Assembly: GCA_030447665.1 (NCBI GenBank)
Contig: JAUJOJ010000001.1
Span: 2,332 to 66,331, forward strand
Reading direction: 5' to 3'
Length of the DNA stretch: 64,000 nucleotides
DNA from: Allosphingosinicella sp.
GTDB taxonomy: Bacteria > Pseudomonadota > Alphaproteobacteria > Sphingomonadales > Sphingomonadaceae
Shown: piece after piece, positions 10,624-22,212 of the stretch
Numbering within the stretch: the stretch's first letter is position 1
How the letters are laid out: every line of letters begins with the position of its first letter
Position numbers and translations under genes: made by a program
The notes under the pieces: model-generated
Told to the model about the DNA's origin: nothing
The model's database searches: none
The model's input: the letters and a program-made list of their open reading frames with translations, nothing else

Positions 10624-11678
10624 ACGCTTTCATGCCGGTCGCCGGCCTCGCGGTTCGCGCCGCCGACTTGAACGATCCCGGCGAGCTGGTCCGGATCGAA
10701 GGCTTCATCGCCGCGGCGCCCACGGCCACCCCGTTCCACCGCCCGGAATGGAGCCGCGCGGTGGAGCAGGGCTGCGGCCAGCGCAGCCACTATCTGCTGG
10801 CAGAAGACAGAGCGGGTGAAATCGCGGGGATCCTCCCGCTCACCGAGATGCGCTCTCCGTTGTTCGGCTCCGCGCTGGTTTCCGCCGGCTTCGGCGTGGA
10901 CGGCGGGATCCTTGCCACACACCCTGCGGCTGCGGAGCTCCTTGCCGAGCAGGCCTGGGCATTGGCCGAGAGGCACGGCTGCGCCTCCGTCGAGCTGCGC
11001 GGCGGAAGCGCGCCTGCAGGCTGGGAGCGGAAAACCGGCGCCCACGCCGGCTTCGTGCGCGATCTTCCCCTGACGGATGAGGCGATCCTGAAGGCGATCC
11101 CGCGCAAGCAGCGGGCCGAGGTTCGCCGCGCGCAGGGCTTCGGCCTGGACGCGAGCACCGGGGCTGGTCCCGCCGACCGGGCATCGCATTATGCGGTTTA
11201 TTCGGAGAGCGTCCGCAATCTCGGCACGCCGGTTTTCCCGCGCGGCCTGTTCGCGGCGATGCTCGATAACTTTGGCGAGGATGCCGACATTCTCACGATC
11301 CGCCACGATGGCAAGCCGGTGGCCAGCGTCCTCAGCCTCTATCATCGCGGCACCGTCTATCCTTATTGGGGCGGCGGCACCGCCGAGGCGCGCGCGTTGC
11401 GGGCCAACGAGCTCATGTATTTCGAGCTGATGCGCCATGCCGCCGCTCGCGGCTGCACCCGCTTCGATTTCGGCCGCTCCAAGCTCGGCACCGGCGCATA
11501 CGCCTTTAAGAAGAATTGGGGGTTCGATCCACAACCTCTTGTCTACTGGGCAAAAGGGGAGGCGAGGGAGACCAACCCGCTGAGCCCCAAATACAGGCTC
11601 CAGATCGCCATCTGGAAGAAGCTTCCGCTGCCCGTCGCCAACCTGATCGGGCCGCCGATCGCCAGGGGTCTCGGCTGA
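10620..11678 (+). CDS. FemAB-family protein, XrtA/PEP-CTERM-associated
   Basis: TPFHRPEW, KQRAEVRR, LGTPVFP, FDFGRSK, FKKNWG. Confidence 0.88.
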   Translation: MNAFMPVAGLAVRAADLNDPGELVRIEGFIAAAPTATPFHRPEWSRAVEQGCGQRSHYLLAEDRAGEIAGILPLTEMRSPLFGSALVSAGFGVDGGILATHPAAAELLAEQAWALAERHGCASVELRGGSAPAGWERKTGAHAGFVRDLPLTDEAILKAIPRKQRAEVRRAQGFGLDASTGAGPADRASHYAVYSESVRNLGTPVFPRGLFAAMLDNFGEDADILTIRHDGKPVASVLSLYHRGTVYPYWGGGTAEARALRANELMYFELMRHAAARGCTRFDFGRSKLGTGAYAFKKNWGFDPQPLVYWAKGEARETNPLSPKYRLQIAIWKKLPLPVANLIGPPIARGLG

Positions 11679-12982
11679 TGCGCGGTCAAGGTCGCATGGG
11701 GCGGTCGATCGCTCCCCCGGAACGATCTGCATCATGCCCGGGGCATGACGCACCGGCGCGCGAGTCATCCATCCTCTTCCTCGCCCACCGCATTCCCTTT
11801 CCGCCGGATCGCGGCGACAAGATCCGGTCGTGGAACGTGCTCAAGCATCTCGGCACTCTGGGCAATGTCCATCTTGCCTGCTTTGCCGACAACGAGGCGG
11901 ACGCAGGGAATCTCCCGGCGCTGAGGGAGGCGATGGGCGGCAGCCTCGGCGAGGCGCATGTGGAGGTGAGGCGCAAAAGCAAGTTCACCGCCGCCGCCGA
12001 GGCGCTGCGCACAGGCAAGCCGCTCTCGCTCACATTGTTCGACAGCCCGGCCATGCACGCTTTCGTGCGCGATATCCTCGGGCGCGGCGAAGCGGGGGCC
12101 GTCTACGCGTTTTCGGGCCAGATGGCGCAATTCGTTCCCGAGGGCACCCGGCAGCTCTTCGTCATGGACTTCGTCGACATGGATTCGGCCAAATTCGCCG
12201 ACTATGCCGGCAAGGGTGCGATGCGCTGGGTCCACAAGCGGGAGGCGGAAAAACTTCTCGCCTTCGAGTGCGCTACCGCCGCCCGTGCCGATGTGAGCCT
12301 GTTCGTCAGCGAGGCCGAAAAGCGGCTCTTCGCAGGCAAGGCGTCGCTCCCGCGCGCCGACATCCGGGCGGTGTCGAACGGCATCGATCTTGAGTTCTAC
12401 GATCCCAAAGCGGAATTTCCGCGGCTCAGCGGCTCCTACAGCCCGCTCGTACTCTTCACTGGCCAGATGGATTATCGGCCGAACGTCGATGCCGTCACGA
12501 GCTTCGTCGAGGACTGCCTGCCGCTGGCGCTCGAGAAGCATCCCGATCTTTGCTTTGCCATCGTCGGCCGCAATCCGGCTCCGGCCGTCGCGCGCCTCGC
12601 GGATCGGCCCGGCGTGATCGTCACGGGGGCGGTACCGGACGTCCGCACCTGGCTGGCCGCCGCCGATATCGTGGTGGCGCCGCTCCGCATCGCGCGCGGC
12701 ATTCAGAACAAGGTGCTCGAAGCGATGGCGATGGGCTGCCCCGTGATCGCCACGCCCGGCGCATTCGAAGGCATCGATGCCCAGCCCGGCCGTGACCTTC
12801 TGGTGGCCGCGACGCCCGAGCAGCAGGCGGCTGCGATCCACGACCTCTTGTCCAATGCGGCCAAGGCCGATGCGATGGGCGCCGCCGCCCGCCACCGGAT
12901 GGAAAGCCGGTATCGCTGGGCGGCTCGTCTCCAGCCGCTCACCGAAATCCTCTCGCAGCCACAGCGGCGGGCGGCAGCGTGA
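11678..12982 (+). CDS. GT4 glycosyltransferase, PEP-CTERM/XrtA-associated
   Basis: ATG overlaps the femAB stop; ILFLAHRIPFPPDRGDKIRS, FTGQMDYRPN, ARGIQNKVLEAMA. Confidence 0.88.
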   Translation: MRGQGRMGRSIAPPERSASCPGHDAPARESSILFLAHRIPFPPDRGDKIRSWNVLKHLGTLGNVHLACFADNEADAGNLPALREAMGGSLGEAHVEVRRKSKFTAAAEALRTGKPLSLTLFDSPAMHAFVRDILGRGEAGAVYAFSGQMAQFVPEGTRQLFVMDFVDMDSAKFADYAGKGAMRWVHKREAEKLLAFECATAARADVSLFVSEAEKRLFAGKASLPRADIRAVSNGIDLEFYDPKAEFPRLSGSYSPLVLFTGQMDYRPNVDAVTSFVEDCLPLALEKHPDLCFAIVGRNPAPAVARLADRPGVIVTGAVPDVRTWLAAADIVVAPLRIARGIQNKVLEAMAMGCPVIATPGAFEGIDAQPGRDLLVAATPEQQAAAIHDLLSNAAKADAMGAAARHRMESRYRWAARLQPLTEILSQPQRRAAA

Positions 12983-14523
12983 ACGCCGTCCTGCCCGTCG
13001 AGAGGGCCGAGGCGGGCGAAATGGGGGCGGGGAGGGGCTGGCGCCTTCATCTCACCGCACTCGCCGTCGCCGTTTCCGCGATCCTCCTGCTCTTCCTCGC
13101 CGATGCGATCGGGATGGTCAGCATTTGGATGGAGAGCCAGACCTTCAATCATTGCGCGCTCATCCTGCCGATCATCGGCTGGCTTGTCTGGCAGCGGCTG
13201 CCGGAGCTTCGCCAGCTCGAACCTCGAGCCTGGGCGCCGGGCCTGCTGCTCGTCGCCGTCGGCGCTGCCGGCTGGCTGCTCGGCGATTCCGGCGGAGTGG
13301 CGCTTGCCCGCCATGCCGGTCTCGTCCTGATGCTGCAGGGCGCGGTGATCGCCTGCCTCGGCAGGAATGTCGCCCGTGGACTCGCCTTTCCGATTTTCTA
13401 TGCCCTGTTCCTGATCCCCGCCGGCGAGGAGCTGGTTCCGCCGCTCCAGACCATCACCGCCGATATCTGCATGGCCCTGCTCGGCCTGGTCGGCATTCCG
13501 GCCCATATCGAGGGCATCTTCATCACCGTCCCGACCGGCTATTTCGAGGTGGCCGAAGCCTGTTCGGGCGTTCAGTTCCTGATCGCGATGCTGGCTTACG
13601 GGGCGCTGGTCGCGAACGTCTGCTTCCGCTCCTGGAGACGCCGCGCCCTCTTCATGCTTGCCGCCGTCGCGATCCCGATCCTCGCCAACGGGGTCCGCGC
13701 CTGGGGCACGATCTACATCGCCTCACTCACCAGCAACGACTTCGCCGCCGGCCTCGACCACGTCATCTACGGCTGGGTCTTCTTCGCCCTCGTGATCGCG
13801 TTGGTCATGGCCGCAGGCTGGCGCTTTTTCGACAGGCGCGCGAGCGATGCCTGGTTCGATCCGACGAAGCTCCAGGAACGGCGTCGAGGCGCGTCTCCGA
13901 TTTGGCCGCTCGCCGCCGCCGCGCTGGGGATTGCGGCTCTTCCGCTTGCCTGGTCGGGCGCCATTGCATCGGCGGCGGAAGCACCGCCTGCTCAAATCAG
14001 CCTGCCCGAGGTGCCGGGATGGCGGCCTTTGTCCGCTACCGCCGGTCGGCTCTGGCGGCCGAGTTTCGCCGGCGCCGACCTCTTCCGCATGGCGCGTTAC
14101 CGCAACGCCGCGGGCCAGGAGGTGGATCTTGCGGTCGCCGTTTTCATGCGACAGCAGGAAGGGCGCGAGCTGGTCGGCTTCGGCCAGGGCGTGGTTGTTC
14201 CGGGCGGGCCCTGGGCCTGGACGTCGGACGGTCCCGCTCCGCCTGGCGGGCGTCTCGACCGGATTGCCTCACACGGGGCTGTGCGCGAGGTCGCGACCTT
14301 CTACCGGGTCGGCTCCATCCTGACGGGGAGCGCCGCGGCCGTGAAGCTTGAGACGATGAAGACGCGCCTGCTGGGCGGCCCGCAACGCGCGGTCGCGGTG
14401 ATGGTCTCGGCCGAGGCTCCCGCCGAAGGCGTTAGCCCGCGTCCGGCCATCGATGCGTTCCTGGAAGACCTCGGTTCGATCGAGGCGCTTGCCGATAGGG
14501 CTGCCGGCCTGCCACAGCGCTGA
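12979..14523 (+). CDS. xrtA: Exosortase A with C-terminal EpsI-like domain
   Basis: Multi-TM protein; catalytic triad VAEACSG (Cys), ANGVRA (Arg), DHVIYGW (His). Confidence 0.9.
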   Translation: MNAVLPVERAEAGEMGAGRGWRLHLTALAVAVSAILLLFLADAIGMVSIWMESQTFNHCALILPIIGWLVWQRLPELRQLEPRAWAPGLLLVAVGAAGWLLGDSGGVALARHAGLVLMLQGAVIACLGRNVARGLAFPIFYALFLIPAGEELVPPLQTITADICMALLGLVGIPAHIEGIFITVPTGYFEVAEACSGVQFLIAMLAYGALVANVCFRSWRRRALFMLAAVAIPILANGVRAWGTIYIASLTSNDFAAGLDHVIYGWVFFALVIALVMAAGWRFFDRRASDAWFDPTKLQERRRGASPIWPLAAAALGIAALPLAWSGAIASAAEAPPAQISLPEVPGWRPLSATAGRLWRPSFAGADLFRMARYRNAAGQEVDLAVAVFMRQQEGRELVGFGQGVVVPGGPWAWTSDGPAPPGGRLDRIASHGAVREVATFYRVGSILTGSAAAVKLETMKTRLLGGPQRAVAVMVSAEAPAEGVSPRPAIDAFLEDLGSIEALADRAAGLPQR

Positions 14524-14526
14524 GCC

Positions 14527-16440
14527 ATGGGCGGCATTGCTGGCATTTTTCATCCGGACGTTCCGAAGCCCGTCGGCGCCGGTCGGGTGCGCGCGATGGC
14601 GGATATGCTCGCTCATCGCGGGCCGGACGATAGCGGCGTCTGGACAGCTCCCGGCATTGGCCTCGCTCACCGCCGTCTTGCAGTGGTCGATCCCGAAGGC
14701 GGCCGACAGCCGATGCTCACGCCCGATGGGCGGGCGGCGATCAGCTTCGACGGCGCGATCTACAATTTTCGGGAGGTGCGGGCGGAACTGGAGGCGAAGG
14801 GTTTCGCCTTTCGCACCGACAGCGATTCTGAAGTCATCCTGGCGGCGTGGCGCCAGTGGGGGCCCAAATGCCTCCAGCGCTTCAACGGCAGCTTCGCTTT
14901 CGCGCTCTACGATCTCGGCTCCGACAGTCTCTTCCTCGCGCGCGACCGGCTTGGCGTGAAGCCTTTGCTCTACAGCCGGCTTGCCGACGGCGCCCTCGTC
15001 TTCGCGTCGGAATTGAAAGGCCTCCTCGCCCACCCGCTCTTCCGGGCGCAGCCCGATCCGCGCGCGCTCGAGGATTATCTCGCGTTCGGTTACGTGCCCG
15101 ACGATGCCTCGATCGTCGCCGGCGTGACGAAGCTCCCGGCCGCTCATTTCCTCCACATCCGCCGCGGCCGCGCCGTTCCGCGGCCGGTGCGCTGGTGGGA
15201 TGCGGACTTCACTACGCCGTCCAAGGCTTCGGCGTCGTCGCTTGGGCATGAACTGGTCGATCTCCTGCGCGCGTCGGTGCGCTCGCGGATGATCTCGGAT
15301 CTGCCGCCGGGCGCTTTTCTGGCGGGCGACCTGAACAGCGCCGCGCTCGTCGCCTTCATGGCTGAGGCAAGCCGAAGCGCCGTCGAAACCTGCTCGATCG
15401 CCGATCCATCCGCCGCTGCGCAAATCGTGGCCGACCGGTTCGCCACCAGCCATCGCGCCGACCATGGGCCGTTGGACGATTTCCGAATGCTCGATGCGCT
15501 GATCGACGCTTTTGACGAGCCGTTCGGGGATCCTTCGGCCATCATCAGCTATCGCATCGCCGCGCTTGCCCGGGGAAGAGTGACGACCGCGTTCTCGGGC
15601 GAGGGTGGCGAGGAACTGTTCGCAGGCCACCGCCGCTATCGCACCTACGCGGCGAAGGTGCGGGCGAGGGGCCTGGTGCCTGCCCGCGTTCGATCCGCGG
15701 CCGCTCAGCCGCGATCACCGCAATTCGTCCAGGCGCTCGGCCGCCCCATGGAGGAAAGCTATGCCGATGCGCTGGCCGTGATGCGCGGCCCGCGTCGCGC
15801 TCGGCTCTACCGCCCGGAATTCACCGCTATGCTTCAAGGCCATCGGGCTGAGGACCGTGTCGTGCGTTCCATGCAAGAGGCTCGCTCGGCGGATCCGCTG
15901 TCCCGCGCCCAATATGCGGATCTTCGGATATTGCTTCCCGGCAGCGTCCTGGCGCGGCTCGATCGCACCGGCATGGCGCTTGGCCTCGACACGCGCGTGC
16001 CGCTGCTCGACCACCGCCTCGTCGAATTCGCCGGCCGCTTGCCTGCGAAGATGCGCGTCCGCGGCGGCACCGGCGAATGGCTGATGAGGAAGGCGCTCGA
16101 GCGGCGCCTTCCGCGCGAAACCCTGACCCGAGCCGATACCCCAGTGATGATCCCGATCGCCGCCTGGTTCCGCGGCCCCTTGGCCGAACATGCGGGGGTG
16201 GCGAGGGGCTCCGCCCTTGCCGAGCTCGGCTGGCTCGACGAAGCCGCAATCGCTCGCCTTGCCGCCGACCACCGCGCCGGGAAGGCCGATCACGGCCGCT
16301 TCCTCTGGCAGCTGCTGATGCTGGAAGGCTCGCTTCAGCGGCTGTTCGGGCTGGGAAGGTCCTCCTCATACACCGCTTCCACGAAATACAGCCCGTCCGG
16401 CGGCGCATTGAAGCCGAGCGCCGCCCGATCCCGCGCCTGA
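14527..16440 (+). CDS. Asparagine-synthase-like amidotransferase of the XrtA locus, with degenerate catalytic motifs
   Basis: [21 protein letters not shown] and RVPLLD give the AsnB fold, but the N-terminus is MGGIAG and the PP-loop is AGDLNS; 3' end overlaps truA. Confidence 0.85.
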   Translation: MGGIAGIFHPDVPKPVGAGRVRAMADMLAHRGPDDSGVWTAPGIGLAHRRLAVVDPEGGRQPMLTPDGRAAISFDGAIYNFREVRAELEAKGFAFRTDSDSEVILAAWRQWGPKCLQRFNGSFAFALYDLGSDSLFLARDRLGVKPLLYSRLADGALVFASELKGLLAHPLFRAQPDPRALEDYLAFGYVPDDASIVAGVTKLPAAHFLHIRRGRAVPRPVRWWDADFTTPSKASASSLGHELVDLLRASVRSRMISDLPPGAFLAGDLNSAALVAFMAEASRSAVETCSIADPSAAAQIVADRFATSHRADHGPLDDFRMLDALIDAFDEPFGDPSAIISYRIAALARGRVTTAFSGEGGEELFAGHRRYRTYAAKVRARGLVPARVRSAAAQPRSPQFVQALGRPMEESYADALAVMRGPRRARLYRPEFTAMLQGHRAEDRVVRSMQEARSADPLSRAQYADLRILLPGSVLARLDRTGMALGLDTRVPLLDHRLVEFAGRLPAKMRVRGGTGEWLMRKALERRLPRETLTRADTPVMIPIAAWFRGPLAEHAGVARGSALAELGWLDEAAIARLAADHRAGKADHGRFLWQLLMLEGSLQRLFGLGRSSSYTASTKYSPSGGALKPSAARSRA

Positions 16441-17102
16441 AGCGCCCGCTTCAGGTCCCGCTCAGTCCACTTGCCGCGGCCGACCAGCTCCAGGCACCCG
16501 ACCATAGAGCGCACCTGATGATGGAGGAACGAGCGCGCCGCCGCCTCGATCTCGATGAGGCCGCCGAAGCGGCGCACCGTCAGCCGGTCGAGCGTCTTCA
16601 CCGGGCTTTCCGCCTGACAGTGGACCGAGCGGAAGGTCGTGAAATCGTGGCGCCCGACCAGGATCTGCGCCGCGCGGTTCATGACGTCGGCATGAAGCAC
16701 CACCGGCACCCGCCACGCGCGGCCGGCATCGAGCGCCAGCGGCGCCCGGCGATTCTGGATCCGGTAGACGTAGCGCCGCCCGATGCAGCTGAAGCGCGCA
16801 TGCCAGTCGCCCGCCACCTCCCGCGCCTCCAGGATGGCGACGGGCAGGGGACGCAGCTTCGCGTTCAATCCGTCCGCGAGCCGGAAGGGCGTGATCGGCC
16901 GCCGGATGTCGACATGCGCCGACATGGCAAGGGCGTGGACGCCCGCATCCGTGCGGCCGGCTGCGTGAAGCGTCGCTTCCTCGCCGGTGATCGCCTTCAC
17001 CGCCTCCTCGATCGCCTGCTGCACCGACGGCCCGTGCGCCTGGCGCTGCCAGCCCATGAAGGGCCGCCCGTCGAACTCGACCGTCAGGCGGAAGCGGGTC
17101 AC
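16335..17102 (-). CDS. truA: tRNA pseudouridine(38-40) synthase
   Basis: [40 protein letters not shown]. Confidence 0.96.
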   Translation of the reverse strand: MTRFRLTVEFDGRPFMGWQRQAHGPSVQQAIEEAVKAITGEEATLHAAGRTDAGVHALAMSAHVDIRRPITPFRLADGLNAKLRPLPVAILEAREVAGDWHARFSCIGRRYVYRIQNRRAPLALDAGRAWRVPVVLHADVMNRAAQILVGRHDFTTFRSVHCQAESPVKTLDRLTVRRFGGLIEIEAAARSFLHHQVRSMVGCLELVGRGKWTERDLKRALQARDRAALGFNAPPDGLYFVEAVYEEDLPSPNSR

Positions 17103-18004
17103 GCCAGCCTTGTGCCCGCGGGAATGGAGAAACCTCGCAGCAGCTCCGATGGCGTCATGACGCCGCGGCCCGCCCGCTGGACGAGCGCCGGCACGATCGC
17201 GCCGGTCCCGCAGGCGATCGCCAGCCCCCGATCGAGCACCATTCCCGGCTCGCCGCTTCCATCGCCAAGCTCCGCGGCGAGCAGCTTGATCCGTTCGCCG
17301 CCATATTCGAAATATGCCCCCGGCGCCGGATTGAATGCCCGCACCTGCCGCTCCACCTGCTGCGCGGCCTGCGTGAAGTCGAGCCGCGCCTCGTGCTTCT
17401 CGATCTTGGAGGCATAGGTGACGCCGTCCTCCGGCTGCGCCACCGCCTCGACGTCGCTCAGACGTTTCAGCACCTCCACCATCAGGGCCGCGCCGATCCG
17501 GGAAAGCTCGTCCGTCAGCTCGCCCGCGGTCTTGCGGTCGACCGCCGTCTCCCGGGACACAAGCATCGGCCCCGTGTCGAGCCCGCGCTCCATGGCCATG
17601 ATCGTGACGCCGGTCGCCTCGTCCCCGGCCAGGATCGCCCGCTGCACCGGCGCGGCTCCCCGCCAGCGCGGCAGGATCGATCCGTGCACGTTAAGGCAGC
17701 CGTATCGCGGCGCTTCGAGGATCGGCATCGGCAGGATGAGGCCGTAGGCGGCGACCACCGCCGCGTCGATCCCAAGTTCTGCAAAGGCTTGCTGCTCATT
17801 CTTGTCGCGCAAGGTGAGGGGAGTCCTGACCTCGATGCCGGCCTCCTCCCCCCGTTGATGCACCGGCGATGGCCTCAATCCGTTGCCTCGGCCCGCCGGC
17901 CGCGGTGGCTGCGAATAACAGGCGACCACCTCATGCCCTGCGCCGATCAGCGCATCGAGCGTCGGCACCGCAAAGTCCGGAGTTCCCATGAAGGCGAGGC
18001 GCAT
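17099..18004 (-). CDS. fmt: Methionyl-tRNA formyltransferase
   Basis: [37 protein letters not shown]. Confidence 0.96.
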   Translation of the reverse strand: MRLAFMGTPDFAVPTLDALIGAGHEVVACYSQPPRPAGRGNGLRPSPVHQRGEEAGIEVRTPLTLRDKNEQQAFAELGIDAAVVAAYGLILPMPILEAPRYGCLNVHGSILPRWRGAAPVQRAILAGDEATGVTIMAMERGLDTGPMLVSRETAVDRKTAGELTDELSRIGAALMVEVLKRLSDVEAVAQPEDGVTYASKIEKHEARLDFTQAAQQVERQVRAFNPAPGAYFEYGGERIKLLAAELGDGSGEPGMVLDRGLAIACGTGAIVPALVQRAGRGVMTPSELLRGFSIPAGTRLA

Positions 18005-18067
18005 GGCTTCTGCTTACCCGCGCGAAGCGACTTGGCAAGCGCGGGCTCCACCCCCTACCTATCTTCC

Positions 18068-18664
18068 ATGGCCTCCCCCGAAATCGACGCTCTCGCCCAG
18101 GCGCTCGCCCGCCTTCCCGGCCTCGGGCCGCGGTCGGCCCGCCGGGCGGTGCTCCATCTCCTCAAGAAGCGCGAAACGGCCATGACGCCGCTCCTGAGGG
18201 CGCTCGAGAAGGTCAACGAGCGCTTCTCCGTCTGCAGCGTCTGCGGAAATGTCGACACCATCGATCCCTGCACGATCTGCTCCGACACCCGCCGCGACGC
18301 CCGCCTGCTCTGCGTCGTCGAAGAAGTCTCCGACCTTTGGGCGCTCGACCGCTCCCGCCTTTTCCCCGGCAGCTTTCATGTTCTCGGCGGCCGTCTCTCC
18401 GCCTTGGAAGGTGTTCGCCCGGAGGACCTCAGCATCGACAAGCTGATCGGCCGTGTCGCAAGGGGCGGCATCGACGAGGTCGTCCTCGCCATGAACGCGA
18501 CGCTCGAAGGCCAGACCACCGCCCACTATCTCGCAGAGCGCCTCGAAAGCTTCCCCGTCCGCCTTACCCAGCTTGCCCACGGGCTCCCCGTCGGCGGCGA
18601 GCTCGATTATCTTGACGAAGGCACGCTCGCGCAGGCGCTGAGGGCGCGGCGGCCGGTCGCCTGA
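18068..18664 (+). CDS. recR: Recombination mediator RecR
   Basis: [11 protein letters not shown] HhH, C4 zinc finger [38 protein letters not shown]. Confidence 0.96.
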   Translation: MASPEIDALAQALARLPGLGPRSARRAVLHLLKKRETAMTPLLRALEKVNERFSVCSVCGNVDTIDPCTICSDTRRDARLLCVVEEVSDLWALDRSRLFPGSFHVLGGRLSALEGVRPEDLSIDKLIGRVARGGIDEVVLAMNATLEGQTTAHYLAERLESFPVRLTQLAHGLPVGGELDYLDEGTLAQALRARRPVA

Positions 18665-18778
18665 GTCGTCCCAATCCCGGAGCCTCTCGCTCGACATATC
18701 CGCTCCAGCCCGGAGGCCGTCCAAAGCCATGTTCTTTCACCATGTGACTGCGGCGTGCAGCCGCGCTAATCGGGCGAT

Positions 18779-21700
18779 GTGACCAAGCGTTTGAAAGCTC
18801 TTTCCCGGCTGGCGGGCGATCAGCTTCGTGCATCGAGCCCGGCGGATCACGCCGCGCTCTCCGCGTCGGCGGGGACGGGGAAGACGCATGTGCTCACGGC
18901 GCGGGTGCTGCGGCTGTTGCTGGCGGGAGTTGATCCGTCCTCGATCCTCTGCCTCACCTTCACCAAGGCGGGCGCGGCCGAGATGGCCGACCGCATCCAT
19001 GCCCGCCTCGCTTATTGGGTGCGCCTCAAGGACAATGATCTGGCCGACGAGCTGCGGGCTCTCGGCGAGGATGCCGGACCGGAAATGCGGGAACGGGCGC
19101 GAACGCTCTTCGCGCGCGTGCTCGATGCGGTGGGTGGCGGGCTTCGTATCCAGACCATCCATGCCTTCGCCCAGTCGCTGCTCGCCGCCTTTCCGGCGGA
19201 GGCGGGGCTGGTGCCGGGCTTTCGGCCGCTCGAAGGCCGCGAGGAGCAGTTGCTGGCACGGCAGACTTTGGCCGACCTGCTCGTCCGCGCCGAGGGCGGA
19301 GGCGACCTTCCCTTGATCCGCGACATTCAGGCACTCAGCCACCGGCTCGGCGAGGGCGGAGCCGAGGGCTTCCTGATGAGCTGCGCGCGGGCGCCGGCCG
19401 CGATGCAGGAGCTTGGCGCCCGGGAGGGGATCGAAGCCCGCCTTCGCCGCGCGTTCGGCATTCCCGCGGGAGATGTCGAGGAAGCGATCGCCGCCGATTG
19501 CTGCGACGACATCTTCGACGTGGCAGCGCTCCGGCGGATCGGCCTCATGAACGGCCAATGGGCGACCAAGAGCGGTCTCGAGCGGGCGAGCCTCTGCGAG
19601 CAATGGACCACCGCCGCGCCGGCCGAACGGGCGCAGATGCTCGATCGGCTTCACCTGGTCTGGGCCAAGGCGGACGGCGGCATCAGAAGCTTCGGCAAGG
19701 GACAGGCGCCCCAGGATGCGGACTATCTCCGTCTCGCCACCGCCGCGTTCGAATGCTGCGCGCGTCTCGTCTCGATGCGGAAGGTTGCCAAGCTGGTGGC
19801 CCTGTTCGCCGCAGGCCTTCGCGCGGGTCAGACTTTCGCAGCCGCTTATGCCGCGGCGAAACGCGCCCACGGCGTGGTTGATTTCGACGATCTTATCCGC
19901 TGGGCGGAGGAGCTTCTGCTGACCCCAGGCATGGGCGACTGGGTCCGCTACAAGCTCGATCAGTCGACCGATCACATCCTTGTCGACGAGGCGCAGGACA
20001 CGAACGATCGCCAATGGAACATCGTGCGCGCCATCGCGCTCGAATATTTCGCTGGCGAGGGCGCCTCCACTCGGCACCGCACCATCTTCACAGTCGGCGA
20101 TTACAAGCAGGCGATCTTCGGCTTCCAGGGCACGGACCCCGCAAGCTTCGACGTCGCCCGCGCCTGGTTCGACCGCGAGGCCAGCGGCATCGGCCGGGAT
20201 TTCCTCGACCTGTCGATGGACCGCAGCTTCCGCTCGTCGCCGCAGATCCTGGCGGCGGTCGACCGCGTCATCGCCGATCTCGGCCACGATGCATTTGGCC
20301 TGCCGCGGCAGCCAAACCTGCACGACAGCGCCCATTCGAGCCGCTCCGGCTCCGTCACCCTGTGGCAGCCTTATTCGGAGGAAGTGGCGCTCGCCGAGGA
20401 TGAGGCGGGGGAGGAGGGCTGGATCAGCGACGCCACCCGCCGCTACGCGGGCAAGCTCTCGCGCGCCAGATCCGCGACTGGCTCGATCACCCCTTCCATG
20501 TCGAAAGCCGCGGCCGTCCGCTTCGGCCCGAGGACATCCTCATCCTCGTCCGCCGCCGCTCTGATCTCGCCTCCCTCATCGTCGCCCGCCTCTACGCCGA
20601 AGGCGTGCCGGTTGCCGGGGTAGACCGTCTCCTGCTCTCGGCGCCGCTGGCCGTACAAGACTTGCTCGCCGCGGCCCGTTTCGCGGTGCAGCCGCTGGAC
20701 GATCTCAACCTTGCCGCCCTGCTGGTCTCACCTTTGTTCGGATGGTCGCAGGACGATCTCTTCGCCGCGGCCCACGGTCGCGACGGCGCCCTCTGGCCGC
20801 GCGTCCGCGACACCGCACCGCCCGCGACGCTGGAGAGCCTCCAGGCCATCCTCAACATGGCCGATTTCGCCACCCCGCATCTGTTCTTCGAGACGATCCT
20901 GTCCGGCCCGATCCAGGGCCGGCGCAAGCTCCTCCTTCGGCTCGGGCCCGAAGCGCGCGATCCCATCGAGGAGCTGCTCGCCAGCGCGCTGGAATTCGAG
21001 ACCAGCGCCACGCCCTCGCTGCAGCTCTTCCTCGATTGGTTCGCGCGCGGCGACGTCGAGATCGTCCGCGATCCGTCGGCCCCGCTCGACGCGGTGCGGG
21101 TGATGACGGTCCACGGCTCGAAGGGCCTTCAGGCGCCGGTCGTGATCCTCGCCGACGCCTGCGTCGATCCGGCCCGCTCGCGCGGCGGCTCGGCCAAGCT
21201 CCGGCTTGGCGAGGAGGGACCGATTGTGCCGATCTTCCGTCCGCGCTCGGACGAGCTGTGCGAGCCGTTGAAATCGCAGCTGGAGGCGCAGGATCGGCTC
21301 GATCGCCAGGAACATTGGCGGCTGCTCTATGTCGGCATGACCCGGGCCGAGGAGCGCCTCTTCATCGGCGGCTCGCTGGGACCCGCGGACCGGAACGGAG
21401 CGCCTGCCACGAGCTGGTACGCCGCGGCCGAAGGCGCGCTGGACGGCCTCGGCTGCGAGTGGACCGATCATCCGATCTGGGGCCGCGCCCGCTTGTTCGG
21501 TCGCCGGGAGGTGGCGGCAAAGGCACAAGCCGCGGCCCAGACCGCGCGATCCACCGCCCTGCCCGAGTGGCTAGGCCGCCCCGCACCCGTGGAATCCCGT
21601 CCGCCGCGGCCGCTCGCGCCCTCGGCGATCGGCGAGGACGATGTCGCCAACCCACCGCCGAGCCCGGAAATGCGCGCGGCTGCCGAACGGGGCCGCCTTC

Positions 21701-22212
21701 TCCACCAGCTGTTCGAGCGGCTGCCGGACGTGCCGCCGGAGGAACGCTCCGATCGCGCCGACGCGTGGCTCCGGCATTCGGCCGGAGTCGAGGATGAGGA
21801 TGTGCGCCAAAGCCTCATCACGGACGCATGCCGGATCATCGCCCATCGGGCTTATTCCGATATCTTCACGCCGGAAGCGCTCGCCGAAGCTCCGATTGCC
21901 GCGGTGACGGCGGACGGCTCGGTGATCACCGGCACGATCGACCGGCTCCTCGTCACCGATGGGGCGGTGCGCCTGGTCGACTTCAAGACGGGAAGGGCGG
22001 TTCCCGCCGGCCCTGCCGACATCCCGGTTTCCCACCTCCGGCAGATGGCTGCCTATCATGCCGCGCTGGAGGTGATCTTTCCGGGCCGCACGATTGAGGC
22101 CGCCTTGCTTTACACCGCCGGCCCGGTCCTGCACCCGCTGCCCCGCGAGTTGCTGCTGCCCCACATGCCGCTAGACCTTGATCGGATCAGGCTGAATCAG
22201 CCTGATCCGTGA
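18779..22212 (+). CDS. addA: Double-strand-break repair helicase/nuclease AddA (apparent 2-bp frameshift at ~20458)
   Basis: ASAGTGKT, LTFTKAGAAEM, LVDEAQD, VGDYKQAIFGFQG, then MTVHGSKGLQ, LLYVGMTRAE and RecB nuclease IDRL..VDFKTG. Removing the extra TC in AAGCTCTCGCG joins the two frames (KLARQIRDWL). Confidence 0.92.

Noticed and set aside
803-16440. Exosortase/EPS locus as a novel system
   Set aside because: Gene order matches the known XrtA/PEP-CTERM-associated locus; no PEP-CTERM substrate gene was seen in the window. Only the dead amidotransferase is unusual.
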